Below, in pieces: positions 12,776 to 24,062 of a DNA stretch of 64,000 bases (its first letter is position 1; each line of letters opens with the position of its first letter). The position numbers were made by a program, and so were the translations under genes. Source of the stretch: Perkinsus olseni (lineage: Eukaryota); assembly GCA_013115125.1 (NCBI GenBank), contig JABANN010000093.1, forward strand, positions 1-64,000, in the 5' to 3' direction. The notes below the pieces were generated by a model that did no database searches, was not told the DNA's origin, and saw only the letters and a list, made by a program, of their open reading frames with translations.

Positions 12776-13404
12776 ATTAACGTAGCCTGCAGCTATGGAA
12801 GCACTGACAACGGGAGGAATCCACGGCGACGGTTACAACGCCACGCTCGGATGGTACAAAGAAATGCTCCTCAGCGAGCACGTGGTCTTGGAGAACCACA
12901 GCGAGATGAGAACGAAACGCCGAACAGAAAACACATAGCGTAGCGGCACATATCTCAGAGAAAAAACCAGAGAAAGGACCAGGAATCAGGCAGAGGGCTC
13001 TGACAATACCAATTAGAGAACCGAGATGAGCATAAACTCAGTGACCAACGTGACCCATCATGCTCGAGATGAAAGACGAACCGGAAATCATTGTCCTTGC
13101 AGAAATGTTCCTACTTGGACGTGGCACGAGTTGGATTAGCAGCATAAAGATATTAGGCCGACAGTAGTTATCGGCTACGACGACGAAGAAGAACAGGTTG
13201 ATACCAGAGGAGAACACATGAATGTACCTGACAATTACCGCAGCCTTTACGGGACCCTTGGCTGGCTTTAAAAGCGAGATATCGCCGTACTCAAGATACC
13301 GTACGCATGTACACAACAGCAGACGGTGCAAAAGCTCTGGCGATGTGAGACCGTTCCAATGCTGCCGTGTTGTCCAACAAGAAGGAAACACATTATAATC
13401 AGTT

Positions 13405-13475
13405 GCATCATTGGTCTAGTGGTAGAATACAACGTTGCCATCGTTGTGACCCGAGTTCGATTCTCGGATGATGCA
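13405..13475 (+). tRNA. tRNA-Gly(GCC)
   Basis: Identical to 11566-11636; followed by GACTTTT. Confidence 0.97.
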
Positions 13476-13977
13476 GACTTTTCGGCTTATATCCCTATTG
13501 TGTTCTGTGTCTTCTCGATTCGAACCTTCAATGCGTCGTAGGAGATCAGGAGATGAAACAAGTCACTTGCCAGCAACCGGGAAATGTGTCGCCGCGATAG
13601 CCCGAATACAAGACGTGGCCCAATGCCTCGGACAAGGGATCAGTGTCAACATGGCAACCCAGTGAACTTCCGATGAAAGCCTCGGCTTTTGGTTGATGAC
13701 CCGTTATCGATGACAGAGGGACAGAGTAGCGTGACCATGGAGATCATGATACTCTCATGATGAGAGAATCGGTCGACTGACTGATGTGGCATAATGAAAG
13801 CATCCAGAAAAGTCAGTCAGAGCCTCCAACTAAAAGGCACCAACTATTCGAAAACATTGAGCTTTATACAGCTCCTTGACATTTAAACAGCGAGAAGCTC
13901 ATCGATAGTAGCGGGTGACCCTGCTCTGCAGGACCGTCGATCTTTGTACGATCGGTAACACTCGAAGTGACGGCGAG

Positions 13978-14449
13978 TCACTTCTTCAACATGTATCTGC
14001 CATACAGGAAGGCTCAACACGGAGATGATGGGCCGACTGCAGAGGCCCTGACTCACATCGCAGAGAGGTAGATGAATATGGCTATCGGGAAAAAAGTTGA
14101 ATGAGTATTGATCATCAGCTCAGCCATGGGAGAAGCTGGATCGTGTCCGCCCAGGTCGGTTCTCATAGGCCACGGAATGTCCGTTCGAGCAATTGACGGC
14201 GACAGGAGCTGCTCAAGAGAACGATTTCTAGGTGACTATTTTTTGGAGCAGATCTCACCATAGTCTTTCTCGGTCTCCCAGCGAACCTCGCTAAGACGTT
14301 GGACATCAGCGACGAGACAGAAGTAATCCTGGAACACCGTTACCGATCGAGGGCCCCTTCACAGTCGAGCGCATAGCCCACCTTGCCAAGTTGGAAATAT
14401 CGGCAGGTGGTTGATGGAATGCAGGTGGATGAGCAGAGAAGAAGGTCAT
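13978..14449 (-). CDS. Small single-TM protein, paralogue B (Cox7c-like)
   Basis: MTFFSAHPPAFHQPPADISNLARITSVSSLMSNVLAR...DIPWPMRTDLGGHDPASPMAELMINTHSTFFPIAIFIYLSA-YMLKK*; same three intron positions as A. Confidence 0.75.
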
Positions 14450-14658
14450 TTGAACGGACCGAGGAGCTGCGGTGATTTCAACAATGGCAGGACGCTCCCA
14501 GGATGACCACAACGCCACGCTTGTGTGGCTTCGAGAAACGCACTCGCAGCAATCACACCGCCATGGGGAGAGGCCGAATTCGGCGAAATAGGAAGCTACT
14601 TCGAAAAGACGCAGAAACGAAATCACCGAGGAGACTAATCTTCAGGGCTTCTACTGCT

Positions 14659-15100
14659 TCACTTCTTGACCATGTACCTAGAGAATGACTACCAGCAGAG
14701 GAATCGGCCGACTGGTGCCCTACGCGGCTGAGCAGAAAATGAAGATGGCCACGGGCCAGATGGTAGAATGAGTGTTGATGATAAGCTCAGCGAAAGGACT
14801 AGCAGGGTCGTGGCCACCCCAGTCAGTTCGCATCGTCCATGGGATGTCGGCATAGCACAGCCTCTCGGGCATCAGTAACTACTAGAACGATGCAGGGACA
14901 GGATGACCGTAGCGAGTCGTCTACCATTGGCTTCACCGCGTGCCCTCTGGCTCTGGATACGATATTGGACCATAAGGAAGATACTGAGGTGATTCTGAAT
15001 GGGATTGTGGTGGCAGATAGAACAGCTGGTAAGTCACTGACCTTGTCAGATCTTCGACTTGGCGAACCCTATGATGAGGACCATCTCCAGCGCGAAGCAT
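14659..15100 (-). CDS. Small single-TM protein, paralogue C (Cox7c-like)
   Basis: MLRAGDGPHHRVRQVEDLTRITSVSSLWSNIVSR...DIPWTMRTDWGGHDPASPFAELIINTHSTIWPVAIFIFCSAAYMVKK*; same intron positions. Confidence 0.75.
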
Positions 15101-15450
15101 TACTATACGAAAACAACAAGAGCTACCGTGGCCTGGTAGAGAGTTGACACGGGAAACTTGACCACGATCCCTGACCAGTAGCCCGCAAGCCGATCCAGCC
15201 TTGGCCGCCGCTGAAACCTGCATACTGCGAGGTCAGTAGCCGCTCTAGGGACGCTTCTTCACTCGAAACCGTACTGAAGCCCTCGAGCAAGGCTAGATGA
15301 CACTGACGAGAGACAAACTAATACCATCGTCGAGGACGAGTCATGCATGACACTATGAGTACAGAGATAACACGGGGAAGGCAAGAGGAGGTGGCTGTAG
15401 AGCGCAACGCGCGGATTGGACCAGAAGAATTATTGCATGAGAGAAGAGCA

Positions 15451-16485
15451 TCACTCGTCGGCGGTCACATCCTCGGCCCACCCAGCCTTGACGTAATTGT
15501 AGAAGTCACTCCGGCTCAGATTGTAACTGCATACGAGTATCTTCATGTCGACGTGGGTCGACAAGATACAGGTCAACCTAAAGATACCCCTCGAGACCTT
15601 ACAGAGAATCCTTGCTGTAAGAACGTATCTCGCCCGTCTGCAAGGAGCGATGATGGATGTCCCGATTCGGCCGTATCCTGATCTCGGGGAGGATCGGTGG
15701 GGGTTGGAGGTCAGACGTGAGATCTAGAATCCGACTGTAACGAGTCTCACGCGTGAGAGCCACCATGTACCTGAGGAGCAGGAGGATGACCATTCCCTAC
15801 GGAAACTTCTACCGGTCTCACTGTTCGAGAATGTCCGAATATTTATAGACGAACTTCCGCTCAGCTGGCGAGAGCTTCCTCCCGGCGATCGTGTCACCAG
15901 CAGATCTACCGCCGGAGGTGGGCTCATCTCCGCCGTCAGCAACCTGATAAGCATGACAAATCCACGACCATCGACAAGCGTTCGGGACATGCTACTGGAC
16001 GAGGGCCTATCAGATCCGTCAAGACAGTGGCCGAACCCGCCTGCCATCGGAGACACGTTAAAACATCCAAACGATATTGAAGGTAAGCTAGGACGCCTGA
16101 GGGCGAGGGGCGCTTAGAAGGTGAAGACGGCAAGGAGTGGTATACACTGTCTGTTTCTGAGGATGGCGTCCAAGTAGATAACGGTGCTCATGGACGCTCT
16201 CTTGCTTTTGCCGCTACCGCCGAACTCGTCATCGTCATCGGCCTCCAGTTGGGTGGCGAGATGCTGCGCAAGCAGTAGCCTCTGGAACAGGTCACCTGAC
16301 TGAGATCAATTCGAGAAGTACGCGCTTCAACCTAAGATACCCATTTCCTTCACGACTGAGCGTATCTTTAGGGCATCATAATTGGGCAACCACTCGGATT
16401 CCCGGGCGCTTCTCACGAGACTAACAGCATTGGCTGTGAGACCGCCAAGGGAGGACGACGCAGGTGCGTGCTGGGGCGGGCCCAT
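15451..16485 (-). CDS. PSF1: DNA replication complex GINS subunit Psf1 (multi-exon)
   Basis: LPNYDALKIRSVVKEM, ILRNRQC/VLAYLQYRLDVLTCLRW, DLTSDLQPP and C-terminal YNLSRSDFYNYVKAGWAEDV follow the Psf1/GINS1 motif order. Confidence 0.85.
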
Positions 16486-17368
16486 TCGACGACGAACCAA
16501 CCAACAACTGAACTGCAGAGGCGGGCTGTAGGGTAAATGGGTTATCCAGCGCCTCTGGCTAGGAGGCAGGTGAGCTCATCATCATAACTCATCCAGCGAG
16601 GAGAGAAAGCGTGCGAAAGCCTTTCTTGGCACCCTCAAGTGAGATGGCCTCCGACCACCAAGGCGAACATGCGGGAAAAGCATTCCCAGGCGGGGACCAC
16701 GCCCACCAAAGTAACTTCAGCGGAGCCATTTAGTACTCGATAGTAACCGATGCTGACTAGCGCTGTCTCGCGATATGGTAGTCAATCGCTCAACTCAAGC
16801 GAGAGGGGCATAGCGATAAAAAATGGGACCAGAATTCAACACTCAGCGCGATTGACATACTCATAACGACCCATGGAGGACCGTATTGCTCCAAGATACC
16901 AGTGCGGATAGAGCAGTAGCTGAGAGGAACCCCTACTGAAGGCAGTGATACCGTGGATCCGGCCCGGGTCACCCGGGCATGGTATCAGGTCACCAGACTA
17001 CCAGCTCAATATAACAGGGCCCACGACTGATGTTTGGCGCTTCTTGATACTGTTCTGACAACTCTAGCTGCAGGACCATCTCACTCATTAGTCGACCGAA
17101 GGGGCTTTAACCATCGGGACTTGCGTGCAAATCTTGCGCCCGACCTCTCTGAATAATTTCGTGGCGCGCGACACAACTACGGCAGAGTTCATCATCGTCG
17201 CCGACTGCCGCACTCCCGCGAGCTTCGATTCAAAAGAATTGTAGTTTGGGAATTTTCGCCCTTCCCCACATGCCCGTTGAAGTCTCTCGGAGTTACCGCG
17301 TGACTGTTTGTGTCCGCAGTTGATTTCTCTATCATTATTATAACTTTTGCTACCCTCGTGCCATCATC

Positions 17369-18758
17369 ATGGCTGATGGAAACAACAAGAGTAGTAGTAG
17401 TGGGTCCCATGTGAACGCATCAAGCCAGACAATAAGGCGAATCCAGAGGGAGATCATGGAGATCCAGCGGAATCCCAGCAGCAACTGGACAGCTGCGCCG
17501 AGTAATCCTCATCTAGTAGAAGAATCCATCAACTTCGAGCGCGCTTCCCCTCAGCTCCGGACAGCATCTTCGAGTGGCATTACACGTTCAAGGGACCGCC
17601 AGGCACGGAGTTTGAAGGTGGACGATATCACGGCCGCATCGTTTTGCCCAGCAATTACCCCTTTGGACCACCAGTCATCATGGTGAGCTTGGAAGGGAGG
17701 GTGTCGAAGCTGCATGAGTATCTTTACTCAGCTTCTGACCCCAAATGGTCGTTTTGAAGTGAGCAAGAAGATCTGTCTGTCCATCTCGAGCTACCATCCA
17801 GAATTGTGGCAGCCGGCCTGGGGCATCCGGACGATAATGGAGGCCTTGCGAAGCTTCATGCCGACGCCCGGTGAGTGCGGGCCACTTTCCCCTGTTCAGT
17901 ATACCTTTGTTGAATCGATTCTGGAACTGGTTTTCACGCGTAAATTCCGTGATAGCGATTATGAGTTTCAGAATCAGTAAATTGAAAACCTCCTGCTGAT
18001 TCAGGCGAGGGTGCCATTGGCGCGCTGGACTGGCCTGCAGACATTCGTCGGCAACTGGCTAAGGAGAGCCGAACGTGGACGTGCAAGATGTGCGGGGTAG
18101 TAGCCGTGCGCGACGTTGCCGTGAAGCGTAGTTCGGTGCTGTTCAGGTTTCTAATGACGAGCTTCTGCCCGGGGGCGATGACGACAAGGAGGATCTCCCA
18201 CCTCAGGAAGATGATAGCTCCCAGAATGTCCCTAAGCCCGTGGCGTTTGTGGCTCTTGGAAACGAGGAAGAGTCGGCAGGTGAGAACAGACGGGAATTGC
18301 CGTGGAAACTATTGACGGTGGAATGCAGGCAGCCCTGAGAAGGTGACGACCACGAAGACACCCACGGGGGCCACGAGCCCTGAAGAGCAAGATGACTTGA
18401 AAGAGGAGGACTCAAGAGAGGGAAGGGTGGATGATCGCAGCAGTTCGGCAGTGGCTAGACGCCGACCGAGGAAGATGTCGGTTTTCATGCAGGTAAGCTG
18501 GCGAGTCTTGTTACGGTACATCAGTGTAGTGTATGATGGGAGGGCTGCTCGTTCCATTCAGTTACTGCAGCTTCCGAGGACGACCGAGGAGTCGGGTCTT
18601 TTTTTGATAAACATCGGGGTAGTGCCTTGTGATGTTCCTCAACTCCCCATCATTGCACTCCTGATCAGATACTGGCAGTGATAGGATTTGCTATAGCCCT
18701 CATCGTTGACTGCTTCAGACATCCCCCGGAAGCCCTCATGGGACCTAGTGGACAATAG
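17369..18758 (+). CDS. UBE2J1: Tail-anchored ubiquitin-conjugating enzyme E2 (UBE2J1/Ubc6 class), multi-exon
   Basis: EWHYTFKGPPGTEFEGGRYHG, LLTPNGRFEVSKKICLSISSYHPELWQPAWGIRT, GEGAIGALD; C-terminal TM ILAVIGFAIALIV. Confidence 0.9.
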
Positions 18759-19123
18759 AGAGCAAGTGTTACTCAATATGGAGTTGCGGCCATCTATAAG
18801 TTGACCCGGGTTCCATTTCCGGGGAGTGTATTTTACATTTGTACCATATCATAGACGATGTAGCCTGAGTAAGAGAGTACGCTCATACTCACTCTCCTAC
18901 TGTGGTATGTTTTTCTACTCGCAGCTCCCTCTGTAAGTTCCATCGCCCATTGCTGGCTGGAGTAGTAGGGGTTGATGGACTACACGTTTTTATCCACAGC
19001 TTGTGAGATCGACGACTGGAGGTCCGAGTAGAGTTCGGGGAGGGTGGCCTCGGCGCTCATGCCTGGCTCCCTAGCCTTTTTGTTTCTCCGTCATTGTTGG
19101 CCGGATTTTATTCTCATCATCAA

Positions 19124-19844
19124 ATGACTGCTTCTGGTGTCTCCAATAACGCCTCCGGTATGTCCGAGGCTCAGAAGTGCAAGCTGATCCATGCGGAGTA
19201 CAACGCTTGTATGGCGAAGTGCAACGGGAACCCTTCGAGGTGCACTAAGCAGGAGCAGGCCTTGAAGCAGTGCGGGGAGAGGTACTCTATGGGCCACCGG
19301 AATGCCAGGGGGGAGTGCGGCCGGACGAGAGCTGTGTGTGGCATAGAGCTTGCTTGGGTCGCTAGGACAATTGATCGTGTCTTCAGTCTCGGCATCAACT
19401 ACTGCATCCAGGAAGGCATCGATCTCATGCAGTGCGCTAAGTCCCCCACTACGGACGGCTGTGCCAAGCAATTCATTAAAATGAGGTAATGTTAATTTCG
19501 AATTTCTTGTCGTTATTTCTGTTGTCTTGGAAGATGTGACGGCGGTTGCCAACTGGTTGTTCGTTTCCATTTAGAGAGTGCAATCGTCCGGGCGGAGCGG
19601 AGCTGACAGCCTCTCAAGTCGGAGGCTATAGCATCGCTGGCAGTGACTCCGCGAAGTCTCGTTATGTCAAAGGTGCCGAGAAGCTGTTGGGTGAGGTACC
19701 ACCTCGGAGAACCGCGGTAAGAGAGTCGCCTTTTGAGGGATCTTCACTCAGCGCTTCCCGCGCTGTCAGGCACAGCTGTCCGCTGCATGCGAGGCTTATG
19801 CCGAGGCTAATGGCATCGGTGAGCAGAAGAACACTCGCTTCTGA
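19124..19844 (+). CDS. ATPTG9: Mitochondrial 4xCX9C (double CHCH) protein, ATP synthase subunit ATPTG9-like (4 exons)
   Basis: Four CX9C motifs (CKLIHAEYNAC, CTKQEQALKQC, CIQEGIDLMQC, CAKQFIKMREC) then NRPGG. This matches my recollection of Toxoplasma ATPTG9. Confidence 0.75.
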
Positions 19845-20291
19845 GACAGATGATGATCATTGTTGTGGTATTCGCGGTGGGCTGGTGATGGTGGAGGCTG
19901 TGGCTGTTGATATCGGTATACGTTTCTAGCGTGCTGGATATTATTAGTGTTGTGTGCAACGATTCACGGCTGGCAACGCCGGGCTCACGGGTCGGATGGC
20001 CAGTTACGTTCTGAGGACTCCTTAGTGAGGAAGTGTCGAGAATAGGGCTGAGTCAAATAAGTTGGATCGACCTTATCAATGAGGAAGATTCATCACCGCA
20101 TTTTCGCGGCAATGGCGAGGTTTCTAGGCTTTCCGCGGCCTTCGGCTCCGATAGACTTAGCGCTTGGGACAACAAGATCGTAGGGTGCTGTATGTGAGCT
20201 TCTAAAGTATTTGGCCGTTGGCCAGAGGGACGCCTGGCTTTCGAGAGCGGAGGTTCTGCGCGTCTACCTTGTAGTTGCAATATGTAAAAGC

Positions 20292-20362
20292 TGCATCATC
20301 CGAGAATCGAACTCGGGTCACAACGATGGCAACGTTGTATTCTACCACTAGACCAATGATGC
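20292..20362 (-). tRNA. tRNA-Gly(GCC)
   Basis: Reverse complement identical to 11566-11636; followed by GCTTTT. Confidence 0.97.
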
Positions 20363-21376
20363 TGTTAAGAGTTGTTATTTTGCTCTCATTTGTACACTGC
20401 GAAAGCCGTCTGGCTGGCCTTTCACATGTAGTGAAGGCTACTATCATCTATTCTCGTTCAGGAGGCCCGGAACTCGGCAAGATGTAGCGATTACCGCTGA
20501 TACCCCAGTAGAAGTTCAAGCCAACTACGGTGATGGGATCAGGCGGTATGAGCACGAGGGATGGCGCCTTGGGTATTTACTATCGAATGCTGTCGATCGT
20601 CAATCTTTCTTGTTCTCCGTGTTGATGGCGGTTTCGTCTGCGAGAGAACTAATCTTCGCGGTGCCTCCTGAGTGGCCGTGATTCGTGAGGAATCATTCCT
20701 CGTATCATTCATGTGCCCCTTGTAGTTGCTCGACTCAACATAAACTCTTCTCTGCTGATGAAGCTGCGAAGTAATTACTCTCGCGACTAGTGGATCTGGT
20801 CGAGAAGAATTGTTTCAAAGGAGCTGCGAGCATCCATCCTTTCATCGGTGTTACCCAAAACAGCGCAGGAGGTTACCAACAGTGATTCGCGTGAGCACGT
20901 ATGTGCGTAACGGTTATACAGAACAGAGAAGGCTGGAGCCTAAACGCTCGGCGCTAGTTAGAAAGTCGATGTTGAACGGGTCATTTCAAGTCTGTCGTAC
21001 GAGAGAAGGCCGGACCTACCAGAGTTCCGAGCAAACTCCGCAAGACGCTTTTTCTCACAGTTCTAGCGCAGAGAGCTCTTCGTCTCGATACCTCGGGGTT
21101 TCTCCTGAACGAGCACTTCGCATAGAAGCCTTGAAATCATCATGAGCCTGTTCTTTGTGACGGTCACCCACGCGCAGTCCTCAACTCAGGGCCCGTGAGC
21201 CACCGATTAAATTAACGCAAGTACTCTGGCGAGCGAAAGAAGCCTAGTCGAAGAGCCAGGTGGGGCGAATGGGGTCCCTGACGACGCCAGGCGTTGAGCG
21301 CCTCGGTGAATTGCCAGTAAGTTGCGGACAGTGTGAGTATATCACCAAATGGTGCTACCAGTGACGAATATGCCAT

Positions 21377-21946
21377 TTAGGCACGAATGCCATGGTAGGA
21401 ATAGCTTCTCGTTGTAAACGAAAAAGCTACTCTTGCTATGTAGGCCCAGGTGGTCAGAATTAACGTTACATGTTCCAACCACGCTATAAAAGGGTTTTTA
21501 TAATCATCTTCGGTTTTGGTTCCCGGAGGAGGGCGATCCCTGTAGGAACTAGGGTTGTTGGGGCTGTGAGCAGCGAGGAACGACCCGATAATTCTCTCGT
21601 AGTTCTCAAGCGTGCTGCCCAGAGGAGGTAGATTCACGGTATCATTAACGGCCAAAGCGTCGAAGGTCTCCTGCATTTCAGCTGCCATCCACTCCCAGAA
21701 AGGGAGCTTATCGTCCACGACTGCGGCAGCCAGTCCTGGTGGCATGCTGCCGTCATCGATAGCCACATAACTCAACTCGAGTCGCACCAGACCTGCCATT
21801 TCGGCCCAGAAAGTAGCACCACCATTGCTCTCAGCTTGGGGCACGACCGTTTCGTTGAGGAACCGAGAGTTGAAGCTTTTGGTTTGTAGAGCGACTACCG
21901 TGGGGAGGAGTAGGGTGGAGAGGAGATACCCCAGAGTGATGAACAT
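21377..21946 (-). CDS. Intronless secreted protein, paralogue 3 of the family
   Basis: Signal peptide MFITLGYLLSTLLLPTVVA; LVRLEL, LPFW and NPFIAW align with the 1096 gene. Confidence 0.75.
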   Translation of the reverse strand: MFITLGYLLSTLLLPTVVALQTKSFNSRFLNETVVPQAESNGGATFWAEMAGLVRLELSYVAIDDGSMPPGLAAAVVDDKLPFWEWMAAEMQETFDALAVNDTVNLPPLGSTLENYERIIGSFLAAHSPNNPSSYRDRPPPGTKTEDDYKNPFIAWLEHVTLILTTWAYIARVAFSFTTRSYSYHGIRA

Positions 21947-24062
21947 GATCGAATGAAAAGTGGAGCCTGGGAAGAGATAGAGAACACCAGTGCCATTAAG
22001 GGTCGGCAGATTCCGCAATTCTGCTCAACTCGGGTGTCAGCTCGCAGTCAGCTATGCAACAATCGATCGTGGCGCAAGGAAACCGCAGCCCACGTGTAGT
22101 AGACAGTCTCCCGGCGGATCACACGCGGCGGGAGCTGGGACTTCGAGATAAATGCCATATTGTCGCCTAGGCTCGTCTTGAGATGTATCTAATAGAGCGG
22201 CTATGGACTCTCGATAAGATTTGTTCTGATTCCACCCAGAGGCTGCGCTCCTGGGAGATCCTCAAGACGCACAATTGCGTCATTGATGAGACAGGACTCA
22301 AGTAGAACGTAGCCTCCTCCAAAAGCGACGAGAACCGCATCTAACAGGTGACGTTAGGTTCGAAGTAGTCGGTCGTCATCAGAGCTCGAGCCTGCACTGG
22401 CACTGCGCCTTTTGGTAGCGAGTGATGCTGTAGTCACAAAGGAGCCAGGAACTGGGATCGCGGAGGCGGGAGTGATTACGTGCGTTCGTCTACGCGGGAC
22501 AGTTGGTCTCCATTGAGAACGGGCTGTCGATGGGAAACCGGCCTCTCAGAAGAATCAACGCTTTCCTGCAGAATTTCCGAGGGGGCTTTCTCTTCGACCA
22601 TCAACGGCAATTTGCTTATGAAGTGTTCCCGCCCAAAGTGTGGTACTACCACAGTGGTTGCAAGTGATGTCACTGCTGCGATCTTAGACGACATCATGGT
22701 GGTCACAGTGAATCTCTCGGCGAGACGGTTTCCACCGGAAACACGATGTAGAAGCGACCTCTTAGAAGGAGGGGGAGCTCTATACGGGATTTCTGTTCCT
22801 CAACCTGTGTTACGTACCCCAGTTGGCTCTAACGCAAGAGTGAAGCGAGGCGCCAAGAACTCCTTGAGTATGCGTGCAACTGTGTAGACAGCGTAACTAG
22901 TGGCAAAGCAGTGCAACTGTAGAGACAAATACCATTCTTAGCTCTCAGCATTATCACACATAAGAAAGCATCAAAGCAGCAATGATCAATGGCTTTTGAT
23001 AAGCATATAACAACTCTGCATAACACATGTGGACAAATACCGCCGAGCTCGGTGAGGTCGCTTCTCGAAGCAGAAAAGCATGTGATATTTCCTTGCACCA
23101 CGTAGGCGACGCAGCGGAGAAGGTTAACAAGATCTCCTCCGACAGAATCCTTCCCCGGTAGGACCGCGCTTGAGTGGTCGACCGAAGGCTCGGAGCGCGC
23201 CAAATCGACACCGCTTGTCGCTAGCGGGACCTCTCCTCCGTTTGCCTTCCCGTTCACAATAGGAGCGCCTCCGAGACGTTAACTCCCTGTCAGTCGGTAC
23301 AAAAGTTGTCACCGGGTTGCAACTATATATACGCGTATATCGCATCCTATTATACGGCACTTCGGCAGAGAGTATAACTCAAGTGGCGCGCGAAATGTAT
23401 CCACTCACATCCTCACGCTCGTAGATCTTCCATGTTATCTATGTTTCGGGAGACGGAAGGGTGAGCCCAAACATAAGTCGGAGAGACTCTCCCTTCTGTG
23501 ATCTTATGGCCGGCGACTACTGTCGAGATCATTGCGCTATCACTGCGTGCCACATCGAAGTATGGTTGTTACTGCAACAGTAATGGTTTCTGCTTTTGAC
23601 TCTACCACGTCCATGATGGTCACTGCTTTCAGCCCACTGAGAATAGGCCCACAGACCAATCTTTGGCGCTACACCACCGTTATCGGCATTCGGTGGCCCC
23701 GTAGCGAAGATATTCCGTCGACGAGATGAATTATGCAGAGGCTGCAGGGAGCGTGCCTCCATCGATAGCTCCCGCTTCTTGAGGCAGGCGGCGAGCGGTG
23801 CAATCCGATTTCGGGTAACCTCAGCGAGCCGCACTATACCTGAGTTCTCTGAGCAGGGCCCCATGATTTGATCCAATCTAATATTCTCCGAACGTGTTGG
23901 GTTGCGGGCTTCACGATCTACTAGATAGCGAATTTCTAGATTAAGTTGAAACTAGCTACAGATGGGTTGAGTCACCCAACTCGGGCGTGCGAAGCCGTGA
24001 GCGTCGTGGACCTCTTTTGTAGAACGATTTTTAATTACCGAAGCCCCACAGATATCCGGATC

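Noticed and set aside
13326-13541. ORFs containing IIGLVVEYNVAIVVTRVRFSDDA (also 20202-20447)
   Set aside because: The shared peptide is simply the translated tRNA-Gly sequence.
22250-23900. Several overlapping ORFs of 65-142 aa
   Set aside because: No recognisable motifs and no consistent splice model could be built.
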